From IMG/VR virus record IMGVR_UViG_3300013121_000039, positions 32,001 to 96,000 of that record: a stretch of 64,000 nucleotides of DNA; one strand, given 5' to 3'. Of the stretch, positions 29,465-38,455 are shown piece by piece. This DNA comes from a virus (Duplodnaviria > Caudoviricetes). The position numbers and the translations under genes are program-made. The notes below the pieces were generated by a model. It saw only the letters and a program-made list of their open reading frames with translations. It did no database searches and was not told where the DNA came from. Numbering within the stretch: position 1 is the first letter of the stretch; every line of letters begins with the position of its first letter.

Positions 29465-29781
29465 CAGCGCACCTTCATGACGGGCTTCCGCCCGAGGAGC
29501 CCCTTCTTGGCGGCGACGTCGGACAGGCGCGCCGCGGCAGCCTGTGGGGACACGAGCCTCTTCGCCCGCGCCTGCTCGTTGGCCCACGACTGGAAGGTGG
29601 GATGCTGGCCGACCGGCTGCCGCACCGGGGTCGGCTTGAGGGCAGCCGCCGGTGCGGCCAGCGGCTTCGCCACCTGGCCGATGTTCTTCACGTTCATCGC
29701 CCGGCCCATGCCGCCGACATCCCCGAGGGCTGCGATCTTGGTGAGCTCGTCGAAGAAGGCGTTCAGCGTGACGCGGGTCAT
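29464..29781 (-). CDS. Small basic putative internal protein
   Basis: N-terminal LNAFFDELTKIAA. Confidence 0.7.
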   Translation of the reverse strand: MTRVTLNAFFDELTKIAALGDVGGMGRAMNVKNIGQVAKPLAAPAAALKPTPVRQPVGQHPTFQSWANEQARAKRLVSPQAAAARLSDVAAKKGLLGRKPVMKVR

Positions 29782-31235
29782 GGCACCATCCGGGTGATGA
29801 GGGCCTTGTGGGCGTCCGGCATGGAGTCGAAGATCGCCGTGGGGTTGGCGCCGAAGGCCTCCACGAAGTCGGACGAGAAGGTCTGGGAGAGCTGCTCGGT
29901 GGGGATGGAGCGGAGCGCCGCCTCGTCCACCGACTCCCCGTCAGCCCCCTGCCAGGCCCACGCCACCTTCTCCTGCCCACGGCCGCCGAACGTGGCGAAG
30001 TAGGGGTCCTGGATCGCCCCACCCCAGTGGAGGTCGAGGTCGAAGAGCTGGTCGGCCTCCTTGAGGAGCTTGGCGAAGGTCTCCGGCTCGATCATGGCCC
30101 TCTTCTCCTGGAGGTCGTCCCAGACCTCCGTGTGGGCGGGATCGACCTGCCGGCGGTTGGCGAGATGGGCCTCGACGTCGGGGGCGTACTCGGTGGACCC
30201 GTAGCGGTCCAGGAGGGCAGGGACCTGGATGCCGAGCTCGTCCGCCCGGGCCGCCGTCTTCACGGCGAACTCGTGCCGGTCGGCCGGCTCCATCACGGTC
30301 CAGGACTCCTCGAAGAAGCGGATGGCGTCCGTGACGTCGGAGTAGCTGTCGAGGGAGTAGCGGTCCCCGAGGGCGTGGCGGGAGGCGACCTTCCTCTTCG
30401 ACACCGGCCTCGGCTCCATGGAGGAGACGTCGACGACGTTGGCGACGTGGGCAGCCTTCTTCACCTTCTTCGTCTCGCTGGACGGTCCGTGGGCGACCCG
30501 GTGCGCGAGACGACCGGCGCCGTACCCGAGGAGGGCGTTCTTGCCGGCGTCGACGGCGAGCGGGACGGGGTAGCGCAGGGGGTTCACGCCACTGACCATG
30601 GCAGCAGGGATGGTGGCGGCCGCTCCGACCATGGCCCCTCTGCGCCCCCACCTGCGGGCCCGATCCCGCGTGGACTCGGTCTCCGCCTTGGCCGCCGTCT
30701 TCATCTGGTTGGCGGTGGGGATCACCCGGCCGGAGTCGGCGCCGCCACGGACGGAGATGAGGTTGGTGCGTTGGGCCCAGTCGGCCTCGTCTCCGACGTA
30801 GGGCTCGTTCTTGGAGTCCCGCTTGCGGGCGAGGGCCGTGGCGGCAGCCTTCTTCTCCCGGACCGGCAGCCCGGTCTCGGCGGCGAGGAGGAGGTCGGGC
30901 GGGACGTCGAGTCCGAACTCCTGGTTGAAGGCGATGAGGTTCTGGGCGGCCGTCTTGATGGCCTCGGCCGGCAGCTTCTCGGCGTTCTCCAGGAAGTAGA
31001 GGGTCGAGAGCGCCGTGTTCCCCTCGTCGACGCAGGCGAACTTGCGCAGGTGCGAGTCGCCCGCGTGGAGGATGAGGGCGAAGGCCTCGTCGCGGAGCAC
31101 GTTGCGCTCCTCCGACGAGAGGAAGTGGGCCGTCTTGATCGACTCCGGCAGGTCGTCGGGAGACGGGCACCAGCTCTTCAGCACCTCCCCGCCCTTGTCG
31201 TCGTAGAAGTCGAGCACCAGTCCGGCTGTCTTCAT
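29778..31235 (-). CDS. Head-module protein with multiple K-x-A sites
   Basis: AGGAG RBS; MKTAG, IKTAH, IKTAA, MKTAA, RKVAS, VKTAA and EKVAW motifs. Confidence 0.75.
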   Translation of the reverse strand: MKTAGLVLDFYDDKGGEVLKSWCPSPDDLPESIKTAHFLSSEERNVLRDEAFALILHAGDSHLRKFACVDEGNTALSTLYFLENAEKLPAEAIKTAAQNLIAFNQEFGLDVPPDLLLAAETGLPVREKKAAATALARKRDSKNEPYVGDEADWAQRTNLISVRGGADSGRVIPTANQMKTAAKAETESTRDRARRWGRRGAMVGAAATIPAAMVSGVNPLRYPVPLAVDAGKNALLGYGAGRLAHRVAHGPSSETKKVKKAAHVANVVDVSSMEPRPVSKRKVASRHALGDRYSLDSYSDVTDAIRFFEESWTVMEPADRHEFAVKTAARADELGIQVPALLDRYGSTEYAPDVEAHLANRRQVDPAHTEVWDDLQEKRAMIEPETFAKLLKEADQLFDLDLHWGGAIQDPYFATFGGRGQEKVAWAWQGADGESVDEAALRSIPTEQLSQTFSSDFVEAFGANPTAIFDSMPDAHKALITRMVP

Positions 31236-31277
31236 CTTCTCAGCTCCTAAGTGGTGGGGAAGGCTCCGGCTTTCGCG

Positions 31278-31307
31278 AGTGTAGGGCCTTCCCCCCACGA
31301 GTGGCAA
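31278..31307 (-). promoter_or_regulatory. Sigma70-type promoter for the portal operon
   Basis: TTGCCA-N18-TACACT. Confidence 0.6.
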
Positions 31308-31322
31308 CGAGAACGTGCCTCG

Positions 31323-31355
31323 GAAAGACCGCGAAAGGAGGCGGCATAAGAAGAG
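31323..31355 (+). promoter_or_regulatory. Putative phage-RNAP promoter GAAAG-N18-ATAAG
   Basis: Heads the plus-strand replication block. Confidence 0.6.
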
Positions 31356-31389
31356 AACACGGAAGTCTTAGCTCAAGGAGACGCTCGAT

Positions 31390-32040
31390 GTGCCGATGAC
31401 GCCCCCCTGCTTCGGCAAGGACTACGACAACGATTCACTACGGTGCGCTGGCTGCGGGTTCAACCACGCATGCCGACAAGAGGTCATAAGGATGAGCTTC
31501 GCGCAGTCGTTTCAACCTCCTCCCAGCGCGGTTCAGTCACCGTCCCCACCCCCGTTTTACCCCTCTGCCCCTTCCATGCCGTTCCAGCCGGCTCCTCCGC
31601 CTCCGCCGTTCGCGCAGACGCAGGCTCCGCCGCAGTTCCGGCCGCAGCCCTGGTCGCCTCCCGTCCAGCAGCCACAGCAGTTCAGGGTCCCGGTGATGCC
31701 GGCCCCGACGGCCATGCCGCCCATGCTGACGACGCAGGCTCCTCCGATGCAGCAGATGCCGATGATGTCCGGGTACCCGTCGCACTTCCAAGTGCCGCCG
31801 GGGCTCATGCAGTCCAGCTTCGGCTACTATGGCTACGCGCCGGACCAGATGTGGTCCGCGCTGGCCGCCGTCCCACCGATGTGGAGGCCGCAGCAGCCGG
31901 GCGAGACGTTCGCTCGGAGGTGGGCGGTGAACACCGGACTGAACACCATCGAGGTGCTGCTCCAGCAAGCCCTGCTCGGCGTGCGGCAGATCTTCATGCC
32001 GCCTCAGCCTCCCTTCGGGCCCACCGTCGACGCGCAGTGA
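31390..32040 (+). CDS. Protein with N-terminal Cys cluster and P/Q/M low-complexity region
   Basis: AAGGAG RBS; CFG...CAGC...C then a Pro/Gln-rich region. Confidence 0.7.
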   Translation: MPMTPPCFGKDYDNDSLRCAGCGFNHACRQEVIRMSFAQSFQPPPSAVQSPSPPPFYPSAPSMPFQPAPPPPPFAQTQAPPQFRPQPWSPPVQQPQQFRVPVMPAPTAMPPMLTTQAPPMQQMPMMSGYPSHFQVPPGLMQSSFGYYGYAPDQMWSALAAVPPMWRPQQPGETFARRWAVNTGLNTIEVLLQQALLGVRQIFMPPQPPFGPTVDAQ

Positions 32041-32049
32041 CAGGGGCCT

Positions 32050-33531
32050 GTGGTAGGGCAGCCAGAGCGAGAGGAGAACGTGAACTACGTCTTCGCACAG
32101 AAGGAGCCCGACAAGGCCTACGTGTCGAATCGGCTCTGGCTGCCCAAGGCCCGCATCCGCGAGTACCAGGTCAAGCATGCCCTGGAGTTCTTGGTGAACA
32201 TGGATGGGGAGCAGGAAGTTCTTCGGCTGTGGGACGAGAGTACGCACCATCTCGTCTGCCCGAGGGAGTTCCTGCCTCCGTCGCAGTACCCCAACTACAA
32301 GTTCCCCTTCGTCGACCTCCGGCCGGAGTTCGACACGGTCGAGTTCGAGGACTGCGTCGTGCCACGAGACGAAGACCAGGCCAAGGCCTGGGCCGCTCTC
32401 TCCCAGCACGACAACGGGATCCTCAACCTCGGCTGTGGCAAGGGGAAGACCAAGCTCGCGGTGAAGAAGATCGCCCAGCGTCGGACTCCCACCCTCGTCA
32501 TCGTGCCGGACGGCGGCATCTACACGCAGTGGGAAGAAGCCATCCACGGCGGGGCCCACTCTCCAGTCGGTCTTCGGTTCTCTGGCGCGCTCGGCAACGT
32601 GCGCGGCGGGGAGTTCGACTGGGAGGGGAGCCCCGTCGTTTTAGCTCTCATGCCGTCTCTCGCACTCAAGATCCGAGACGGGAAAGTGCCTGAGGAGTTC
32701 TTCCGGTACTTCGGCCTCATCATCTACGACGAGGTCCACATCACCGGAGCGCCGGTCTTCTCTCTCACGGCGGCACCCTTCTACGGGGACCGCATCGGCC
32801 TCACTGCCACTGTCCAGCGAGAGGACGGGCTCGACCCCATCTACCGCTACCACCTCGGTGAGCCGTTCTACACGGACCTCACCCAGGATCTCATCCCACG
32901 CATCTACTTCTGGAGGACTCCGGCGTCTCTCGACGTCAAGGAGGCGAAGCGCGGCAAGACCGTCAACATCTCGCTCCTGCGCACCATGCTCGGGCGGGAC
33001 CGTATCGGGAACGTCTACCGGTACTACGCCATCCAGCAGGCGTTGGGCGAGGGGAGGAAGATCCTCTGCCTCTCCCACTCCAAGGACCAGCTCAGGCTCT
33101 TCCATGCTCTGTTCCCAGAGAGTGGACTCATCTTGGGAGAGACTCCTCAGGATGAGCGGACAGGGATCCTCCGGAGCCACCAAGTCACCTTCGCCATCGC
33201 CAAGCTCGGCAGTCAGGGCGTCGATGACCCTCGTCTCGACACGCTCTTCTGGCTCACGCCCTTCAGGTCGAAGATCTCCCTCCAGCAGTCGATGGGCCGC
33301 ATCCAACGGGCGTATCCGGACAAGATGACCCCGGTGATGGTCGTCTTCGAGGACTACGAGACCCACCCGCTTCGCTCCCTGTGCACCAAGCTGCGCTCGA
33401 ACCTGAGAGCATGGGGATTCCCAATCGAGACGCATTCTCCAGCGCAGTTCCCACCTGACTTCCCCACCGAGGTTCGCAATGGATACGCTGCCGCCTACGC
33501 CGAGCTCCCCGAGAGAGCCGAAGCCGCCTGA
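32050..33531 (+). CDS. Superfamily 2 helicase (DExH, ResIII/XPB-like)
   Basis: GCGKGKT, IYDEVH, GLTAT, QSMGRIQR motifs. Confidence 0.9.
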   Translation: MVGQPEREENVNYVFAQKEPDKAYVSNRLWLPKARIREYQVKHALEFLVNMDGEQEVLRLWDESTHHLVCPREFLPPSQYPNYKFPFVDLRPEFDTVEFEDCVVPRDEDQAKAWAALSQHDNGILNLGCGKGKTKLAVKKIAQRRTPTLVIVPDGGIYTQWEEAIHGGAHSPVGLRFSGALGNVRGGEFDWEGSPVVLALMPSLALKIRDGKVPEEFFRYFGLIIYDEVHITGAPVFSLTAAPFYGDRIGLTATVQREDGLDPIYRYHLGEPFYTDLTQDLIPRIYFWRTPASLDVKEAKRGKTVNISLLRTMLGRDRIGNVYRYYAIQQALGEGRKILCLSHSKDQLRLFHALFPESGLILGETPQDERTGILRSHQVTFAIAKLGSQGVDDPRLDTLFWLTPFRSKISLQQSMGRIQRAYPDKMTPVMVVFEDYETHPLRSLCTKLRSNLRAWGFPIETHSPAQFPPDFPTEVRNGYAAAYAELPERAEAA

Positions 33532-33958
33532 GCTCGAAGAGCTCCACGAAGACCTGAGGAAGAACTCGATCGATCCCGATCGTCTCGCCGTGCTCTCCAT
33601 CGGGCAGAACGAGATGATCTTCGGGGAGGTACAGGGCGACGACTACTTCTACGAGGGCGAGCCGGCCGGCCTGCTCGGCGACTTGCTCGTGGCGGTGAAG
33701 AACCCGAAGCGGCTCGTGCGCTTCACGGGACCCGGGCAGGCTCCAGGGTCCGTCATGTCTTCGCTCCTGCTCTTCAACTACGACCTCATCCAGCAGGGAG
33801 TCATCGAGGTGCAGGCCTCGGCCGGCTTCTGGCTCCAGTGGCTCGACTACCCGAGCCAGGTCGCCTACTGCCGGCTGCTCTCCAGGTGGCTGCAAGACCA
33901 GAGGAAGGCCAAGTCCGGCCTCCATCTCCCGGACGGCCCTCTCGTCAAGGAGCGGTGA
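33479..33958 (+). CDS. Hypothetical protein
   Basis: 159-aa ORF filling the gap between helicase and UDG; start uncertain. Confidence 0.6.
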   Translation: MDTLPPTPSSPREPKPPELEELHEDLRKNSIDPDRLAVLSIGQNEMIFGEVQGDDYFYEGEPAGLLGDLLVAVKNPKRLVRFTGPGQAPGSVMSSLLLFNYDLIQQGVIEVQASAGFWLQWLDYPSQVAYCRLLSRWLQDQRKAKSGLHLPDGPLVKER

Positions 33959-34767
33959 TGTCGAAGAAGGCTCTACCCGTTGTGCAGGAGACTCTGCACA
34001 ACTTCCAGGGCACGAAGATGGAGCGGCTGCGCCAGCTCTGGGAGACCCAGTGGTACGGCTGTACGAGGTGCCAGCTCTCGACCACTCGGATCAACGGGAC
34101 CGAAGACATCGTCTTCGGACAAGGCAACCCGGACGCGCACGTCATGCTCATCGGGGAGGCGCCCGGTGAGGACGAGGAGGCGTCCGGAGTCCCGTTCGTC
34201 GGGCAGTCGGGACAGCTCCTGAACCAGATCCTGGCCGCCACGTCGGACGACGAAGGCATCCAGGAACTCTTCAAGTGGTACAACCGCGGCCGGCACTCCC
34301 GGGCGGACACTGACCACTTCCACGAGCAGGTCCTGAAGTGGAGGGACCAGGAGTTCTTCATCACCAACCTGGTGTCCTGCCGCCCTCCCAACAACCGGAC
34401 CCCGAACCACCCGGAGGTGAAAGCCTGTTGGGAGAGGCTCTACAACATCATCTACATCGTGGACCCGTGGCTCATCATCACCCTCGGACGTCCTTCCATC
34501 GAGGCGCTGGTCCACCGGCAGATCGAGATCACCAAGCTGAGGGGAACCATCTTCGACGTCGAGATCCGGGGGCGGCGGGTGCCGTACCGGATCCCCACCA
34601 TGGCCTGTCTGCACCCCAGCTACCTGCTACGGCAGGCTGACTGGAAGTCCAAGACCGGCTCCTTCATGAAGACCGTCCACGACTTCGATTCTGCCCTGCG
34701 ATTCGTGGACGGCATGCGCCACCACTACCTCGGTACCCCCATCCCAAGACGCACCCAGTTCGCCTGA
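33958..34767 (+). CDS. udg: Uracil-DNA glycosylase, family 4
   Basis: CTRC, IGEAPG-DE, PFVG-SG, TNLVSCRPPNNR and HPSYLLR motifs. Confidence 0.93.
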   Translation: MSKKALPVVQETLHNFQGTKMERLRQLWETQWYGCTRCQLSTTRINGTEDIVFGQGNPDAHVMLIGEAPGEDEEASGVPFVGQSGQLLNQILAATSDDEGIQELFKWYNRGRHSRADTDHFHEQVLKWRDQEFFITNLVSCRPPNNRTPNHPEVKACWERLYNIIYIVDPWLIITLGRPSIEALVHRQIEITKLRGTIFDVEIRGRRVPYRIPTMACLHPSYLLRQADWKSKTGSFMKTVHDFDSALRFVDGMRHHYLGTPIPRRTQFA

Positions 34768-34783
34768 GCGAGCAGAGGTCACC

Positions 34784-35443
34784 ATGAACATGCCCGACGC
34801 ACAGAACAACCAGCACCAGGTCCTCATCGACGAGTTCGGCGAGCTCGACCGGGAGTGCCAGGCCCTCATCGAGAAGTTCTCCACCGGCAAGATCATCTAC
34901 GACTGCATCCCGTCGGACGGGGCCAAGAACTACGAGGAGCTCTTCTCCAAGATGGTGGAGAAGTACATGGCCGCGCAGGAGGCGGCCAAGCAGCTCGTCG
35001 AGAAGCGCAACGCCAAGATCCAGGAGATCGCCGCCGCCATGCGCGGCCTCGTCATGGCCGGCGAGAACGTGGTGCGCGGGCCGGATGGGAAGTCGACCAC
35101 CCTGGAGTACGGCCCGTTCTCCGTGTCGTCCAAGACCTCCCGGTCGTTCGACCCCGAGCTGCTCTTCGCCAAGATCGCGGAGCTCGGCCTCCTCCAGCGA
35201 CTGAAGGACGTGACCTTCGTCAGCTCGGACACCGGCCAGTCGGAGCCCGCCATCAGGGAGGTCGTCGAGGTCAAGTACGAGCCCGTGAAGAACTGGCTCC
35301 GTGAGAACAACCTGGAGGCGATCCTCGACGCCGCCTACGAGGAAGAGGAGGGCACGCCGGCCGTGACCGGCCCCAAGCCCATCGCCTGGATCGGCGACAT
35401 CGACCCTAACCCCAAGAAGGCCAGCAAGAAGGGAAAGAAGTAA
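34784..35443 (+). CDS. Hypothetical coiled-coil protein
   Basis: 219-aa ORF with GAGG RBS. Confidence 0.7.
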   Translation: MNMPDAQNNQHQVLIDEFGELDRECQALIEKFSTGKIIYDCIPSDGAKNYEELFSKMVEKYMAAQEAAKQLVEKRNAKIQEIAAAMRGLVMAGENVVRGPDGKSTTLEYGPFSVSSKTSRSFDPELLFAKIAELGLLQRLKDVTFVSSDTGQSEPAIREVVEVKYEPVKNWLRENNLEAILDAAYEEEEGTPAVTGPKPIAWIGDIDPNPKKASKKGKK

Positions 35444-35700
35444 TGCCCGCCGTCCCCAAGCAGACGAAGGACCTCATCTCCAAGATCCAGCGGCAGAGGT
35501 TCTCCCCGGCCGAGCTCTCGTTCCTCGTCGCCTCCATGGATGCGCAGTGCCGAGAGAGCGCTGCCAAGCTCCTCCGCTACCTCGACGCCTCCCCGGAGAA
35601 GCCGCGCCTGGCCAGCCCTCTCCGCAAGGAGCTGAAGCGGAACATCTACCTGAAGGGCGTCCTCTCGGACATGTACTACGCCAGGAGCCACCGCAAGTGA
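35443..35700 (+). CDS. Hypothetical basic protein
   Basis: TAATG coupling to the upstream gene. Confidence 0.65.
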   Translation: MPAVPKQTKDLISKIQRQRFSPAELSFLVASMDAQCRESAAKLLRYLDASPEKPRLASPLRKELKRNIYLKGVLSDMYYARSHRK

Positions 35701-35912
35701 CCGCCACGGAGCTCATGAAGAAGATCCAGGAAGGTCTGGATCGGGTTCCTGACTCCGACGGTGAGCCGGGCTACGCCTTCGCCACCGAGGCCCACGACCT
35801 GAAGAACGAGGGCTTCGCCATCCTCGACATCACCGCCCTCGTCGACGACACCCAACCCCTGGAGGAGGAGTTCGAGCTCCTGATCAGGAAGAAGACTCCT
35901 CGCACCACATGA
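35697..35912 (+). CDS. Hypothetical acidic protein
   Basis: GTGA coupling; AGGAG RBS. Confidence 0.6.
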   Translation: MTATELMKKIQEGLDRVPDSDGEPGYAFATEAHDLKNEGFAILDITALVDDTQPLEEEFELLIRKKTPRTT

Positions 35913-36325
35913 CGGAACTCAGGAGACGCAACGTCAAGATCCTGGTTCACAAGATCTGGACCGTCGACGGTGACGAGACCAGCGCCGTCGACAACCCAAC
36001 TGCACCGGAGGCACTCATGGCGTTCGCAGAGCAGGTCCGCGGCAACGCGGGAGCCCGTGTGTCGGTCACCACCGACTTCGGGATGAAGGACTACGGCAAC
36101 GGGGCGAGCGGGAGCGTCACCATCTCGCTCGACTGCAACGAGGACGACAACACGGTCCAGGCGGTGGCCCGCGGCCTCTCGTCCTGGACGATCGGCCTCG
36201 CGGAGGAGCACTTCCAGAAGGCCGACGAGAAGTACCGGCAGCTGTACTTCCAGAAGCACCCGGAGCAGGCGCCTGTGCAGTCCCAGCAGCCCTTCCTGCC
36301 TCCGCCCGCGCCCTTCAAGCCATGA
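35909..36325 (+). CDS. Hypothetical protein
   Basis: ATGA coupling; 138 aa. Confidence 0.65.
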   Translation: MTELRRRNVKILVHKIWTVDGDETSAVDNPTAPEALMAFAEQVRGNAGARVSVTTDFGMKDYGNGASGSVTISLDCNEDDNTVQAVARGLSSWTIGLAEEHFQKADEKYRQLYFQKHPEQAPVQSQQPFLPPPAPFKP

Positions 36326-36567
36326 CGGTCTGCGTGATCTGCTACTCGCACCGGCACGGGACGGACATCTCCGTCTTCCACACCCGTGCCGGTGCCGAGA
36401 AGGCTATCCGCCAGCTCATGCTCGACTGGAAGCATGAGCTGGACGCGAAGCTCCGGCGCCGCATCCTCCGCTACCTGCGAGAGGGGAAGCTCCACAAGGC
36501 CATCGCGGTCTGGAACTCCGAGACGGAGGAGTACTTCGGCATCGAGACCACGGAGGTGCTGTCATGA
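36322..36567 (+). CDS. Hypothetical protein
   Basis: ATGA coupling; 81 aa. Confidence 0.6.
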   Translation: MTVCVICYSHRHGTDISVFHTRAGAEKAIRQLMLDWKHELDAKLRRRILRYLREGKLHKAIAVWNSETEEYFGIETTEVLS

Positions 36568-36875
36568 AGACGGTGCAGGACAAGGGTGGGATCCGCATCG
36601 ACTCGGTGCGAGCCGGAGAGGTCACCATCGACGCCATCTCGGACCCGACCGGCGTCGCCCGCCTCTCCGGCAAGATGGCCTACGTCGACTCGGTCACCGG
36701 AGAGAGGCTGGGGTACTGCAACCGCACCACCTGGAGCGACGAGACGTACGCCAAGCTCCGGGAGCTGCTGGAGTCCATGGAGGACGACGTGCTGCGCCAG
36801 CTCTTCGGAGACGACGCAAGTCCTAGTGGTCTGACCCTCCCCCTGGACCCAACAGGTGGGGTCCCCAGTCTCTAG
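36564..36875 (+). CDS. Hypothetical protein
   Basis: ATGA coupling; GGAGG RBS. Confidence 0.65.
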   Translation: MKTVQDKGGIRIDSVRAGEVTIDAISDPTGVARLSGKMAYVDSVTGERLGYCNRTTWSDETYAKLRELLESMEDDVLRQLFGDDASPSGLTLPLDPTGGVPSL

Positions 36876-36934
36876 CTTGACGGTCCCCCTCCGCTCCTCC
36901 AAGGTGGCCTCCTACCACCGGGCAGAGTGTGAGA

Positions 36935-36962
36935 GAAAGACCGAACCAGATCGAGTCATAAG
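36935..36962 (+). promoter_or_regulatory. Putative phage-RNAP promoter GAAAG-N18-ATAAG
   Basis: Exact consensus spacing. Confidence 0.55.
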
Positions 36963-36964
36963 GC

Positions 36965-37010
36965 GGCGGCGGAAGTGTCTTCGGGCATCTCCGCCGCCCT
37001 CATTTTAGCC
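36965..37010 (+). terminator. Hairpin + TTTTAGCC directly after the promoter
   Basis: ggcggcgga / tccgccgcc stem with an inner TTCG loop. Confidence 0.5.
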
Positions 37011-37031
37011 CTCTGACGGTAAGGAGACGCT

Positions 37032-38444
37032 GTGTCGGCGCAGATCGAATACGCCCTCATCTCCAAGGTCATCGAGACTCACAACTTCCAGGAGCTGGAC
37101 AAGCAGCAGATCACCGCTGACTTCTTCCTGACTCCCGAGATGCGGACGATCTACGAGTTCCTCCGCTACACGTATCACAACCCGCAGACGGCCGGACTCG
37201 TGCCTTCTGCGGACATGATCCGGCAGTACTACCCCGGCTTCAACATGGTGTACGCGCCGGATGACGTGCCGGTTCTCGCGCAGGCCGTGCGCCGCGGCAA
37301 GCTCCAGGCAGACCTCTTCCAGCTCTCCCAGATCATCAGCTTGGGGCTGGACGCCGACCCCGAGGAGGTCTTCGCCAAGGTCAGGCAGTCCGTCTCCTCC
37401 ATGTCGGCGATGGAGAACATCGGTGCCGACCTCTCCATGTCGGCTGCCTACCAGCTGCTCATGCAGCGCTACACCCAGGTGGCGAGTGCGAAGGGCCTGC
37501 TCGGGATCCCGTTCCCGTGGGAGCGGCTCAACCAAGAGACGCAGGGGATGCAGAACGGGCAGTACATCGTCCTCTACGCTCGGCCCAAGAACATGAAGAG
37601 CTGGGTGGCCATCTACATGGCCGTGTTCGCCTACCTGAAGGCCAGGCGCCGCGTGCTCTACTACACGCGGGAGATGCCCAACATCCAGATCGCCCAGCGT
37701 GTCGCCGCGGCGATGGCCGGCATCGACTACCGCAGCTTCATCAACGGCAACCTCGACCCCAACATCCTCCAGTACTTCCAGGCAGTGATGCAGGGGCTCA
37801 TCCAAGACGAGGTGTCGGCCGGGAAGCACGGGCACCAGCCCTGCTTCGTCATCACGGCGGACAAGTCGGCGAAGGGCGGCGGTGTCTCCTGGCTCCGGGC
37901 CAAGATCAAGGAGGTGAAGCCGGACCTCGTTTTCGTGGACGGCGTCTACCTCATGAGCGACGACCGTTCCGGGTCACGCCAGGCTGACTGGAAGAACATC
38001 CTCCACGTCTCCCAGGACATCCGGCAGATCGCGCTCAACGAGAACCTCCCCGTCGTGGCCATCACCCAGGCGAACAAGAAGAGCGACCAGATCCGAGGCA
38101 ACGACGACATCGACATGGCCTACACCGACGCCTTCAACCAGGACGCGGATGCCGTCTTCAAGCTGCGTCACCGCATGCGGCGTGATGAGCAGACGGGGAT
38201 GAAGCACAGCGAGATCGACATCTTCGCCCCGAACCTGCGTGAGGGCATCATCGAGGGCATCGTCATCAACGGGGTGCCCGCCACGGACTTCTCCTACATC
38301 CGGGACATCAAGGCTGAGGAGGAGCAGTCCGAACCGGAGTACGGGGCGGAGAAGAAGCAGCCGAAGATCCGTCCGCCAGGCGCTTCGTTCTCGAAGAGCG
38401 CTGGCAACTACTACGACCCGGTCATCCCAGCCCTCAAGAAGTAG
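37032..38444 (+). CDS. dnaB: Replicative DnaB-like (SF4) helicase
   Basis: GIPFPW-LN, Walker A-like ARPKNMKS, EM, VFVDGVYLM, ITQAN and QDAD motifs. Confidence 0.88.
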   Translation: MSAQIEYALISKVIETHNFQELDKQQITADFFLTPEMRTIYEFLRYTYHNPQTAGLVPSADMIRQYYPGFNMVYAPDDVPVLAQAVRRGKLQADLFQLSQIISLGLDADPEEVFAKVRQSVSSMSAMENIGADLSMSAAYQLLMQRYTQVASAKGLLGIPFPWERLNQETQGMQNGQYIVLYARPKNMKSWVAIYMAVFAYLKARRRVLYYTREMPNIQIAQRVAAAMAGIDYRSFINGNLDPNILQYFQAVMQGLIQDEVSAGKHGHQPCFVITADKSAKGGGVSWLRAKIKEVKPDLVFVDGVYLMSDDRSGSRQADWKNILHVSQDIRQIALNENLPVVAITQANKKSDQIRGNDDIDMAYTDAFNQDADAVFKLRHRMRRDEQTGMKHSEIDIFAPNLREGIIEGIVINGVPATDFSYIRDIKAEEEQSEPEYGAEKKQPKIRPPGASFSKSAGNYYDPVIPALKK

Positions 38445-38455
38445 GAGTCCACCAC

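Noticed and set aside
1-31235. Major capsid protein
   Set aside because: No ORF that I can recognise as an HK97-fold capsid; it probably lies beyond the left edge.
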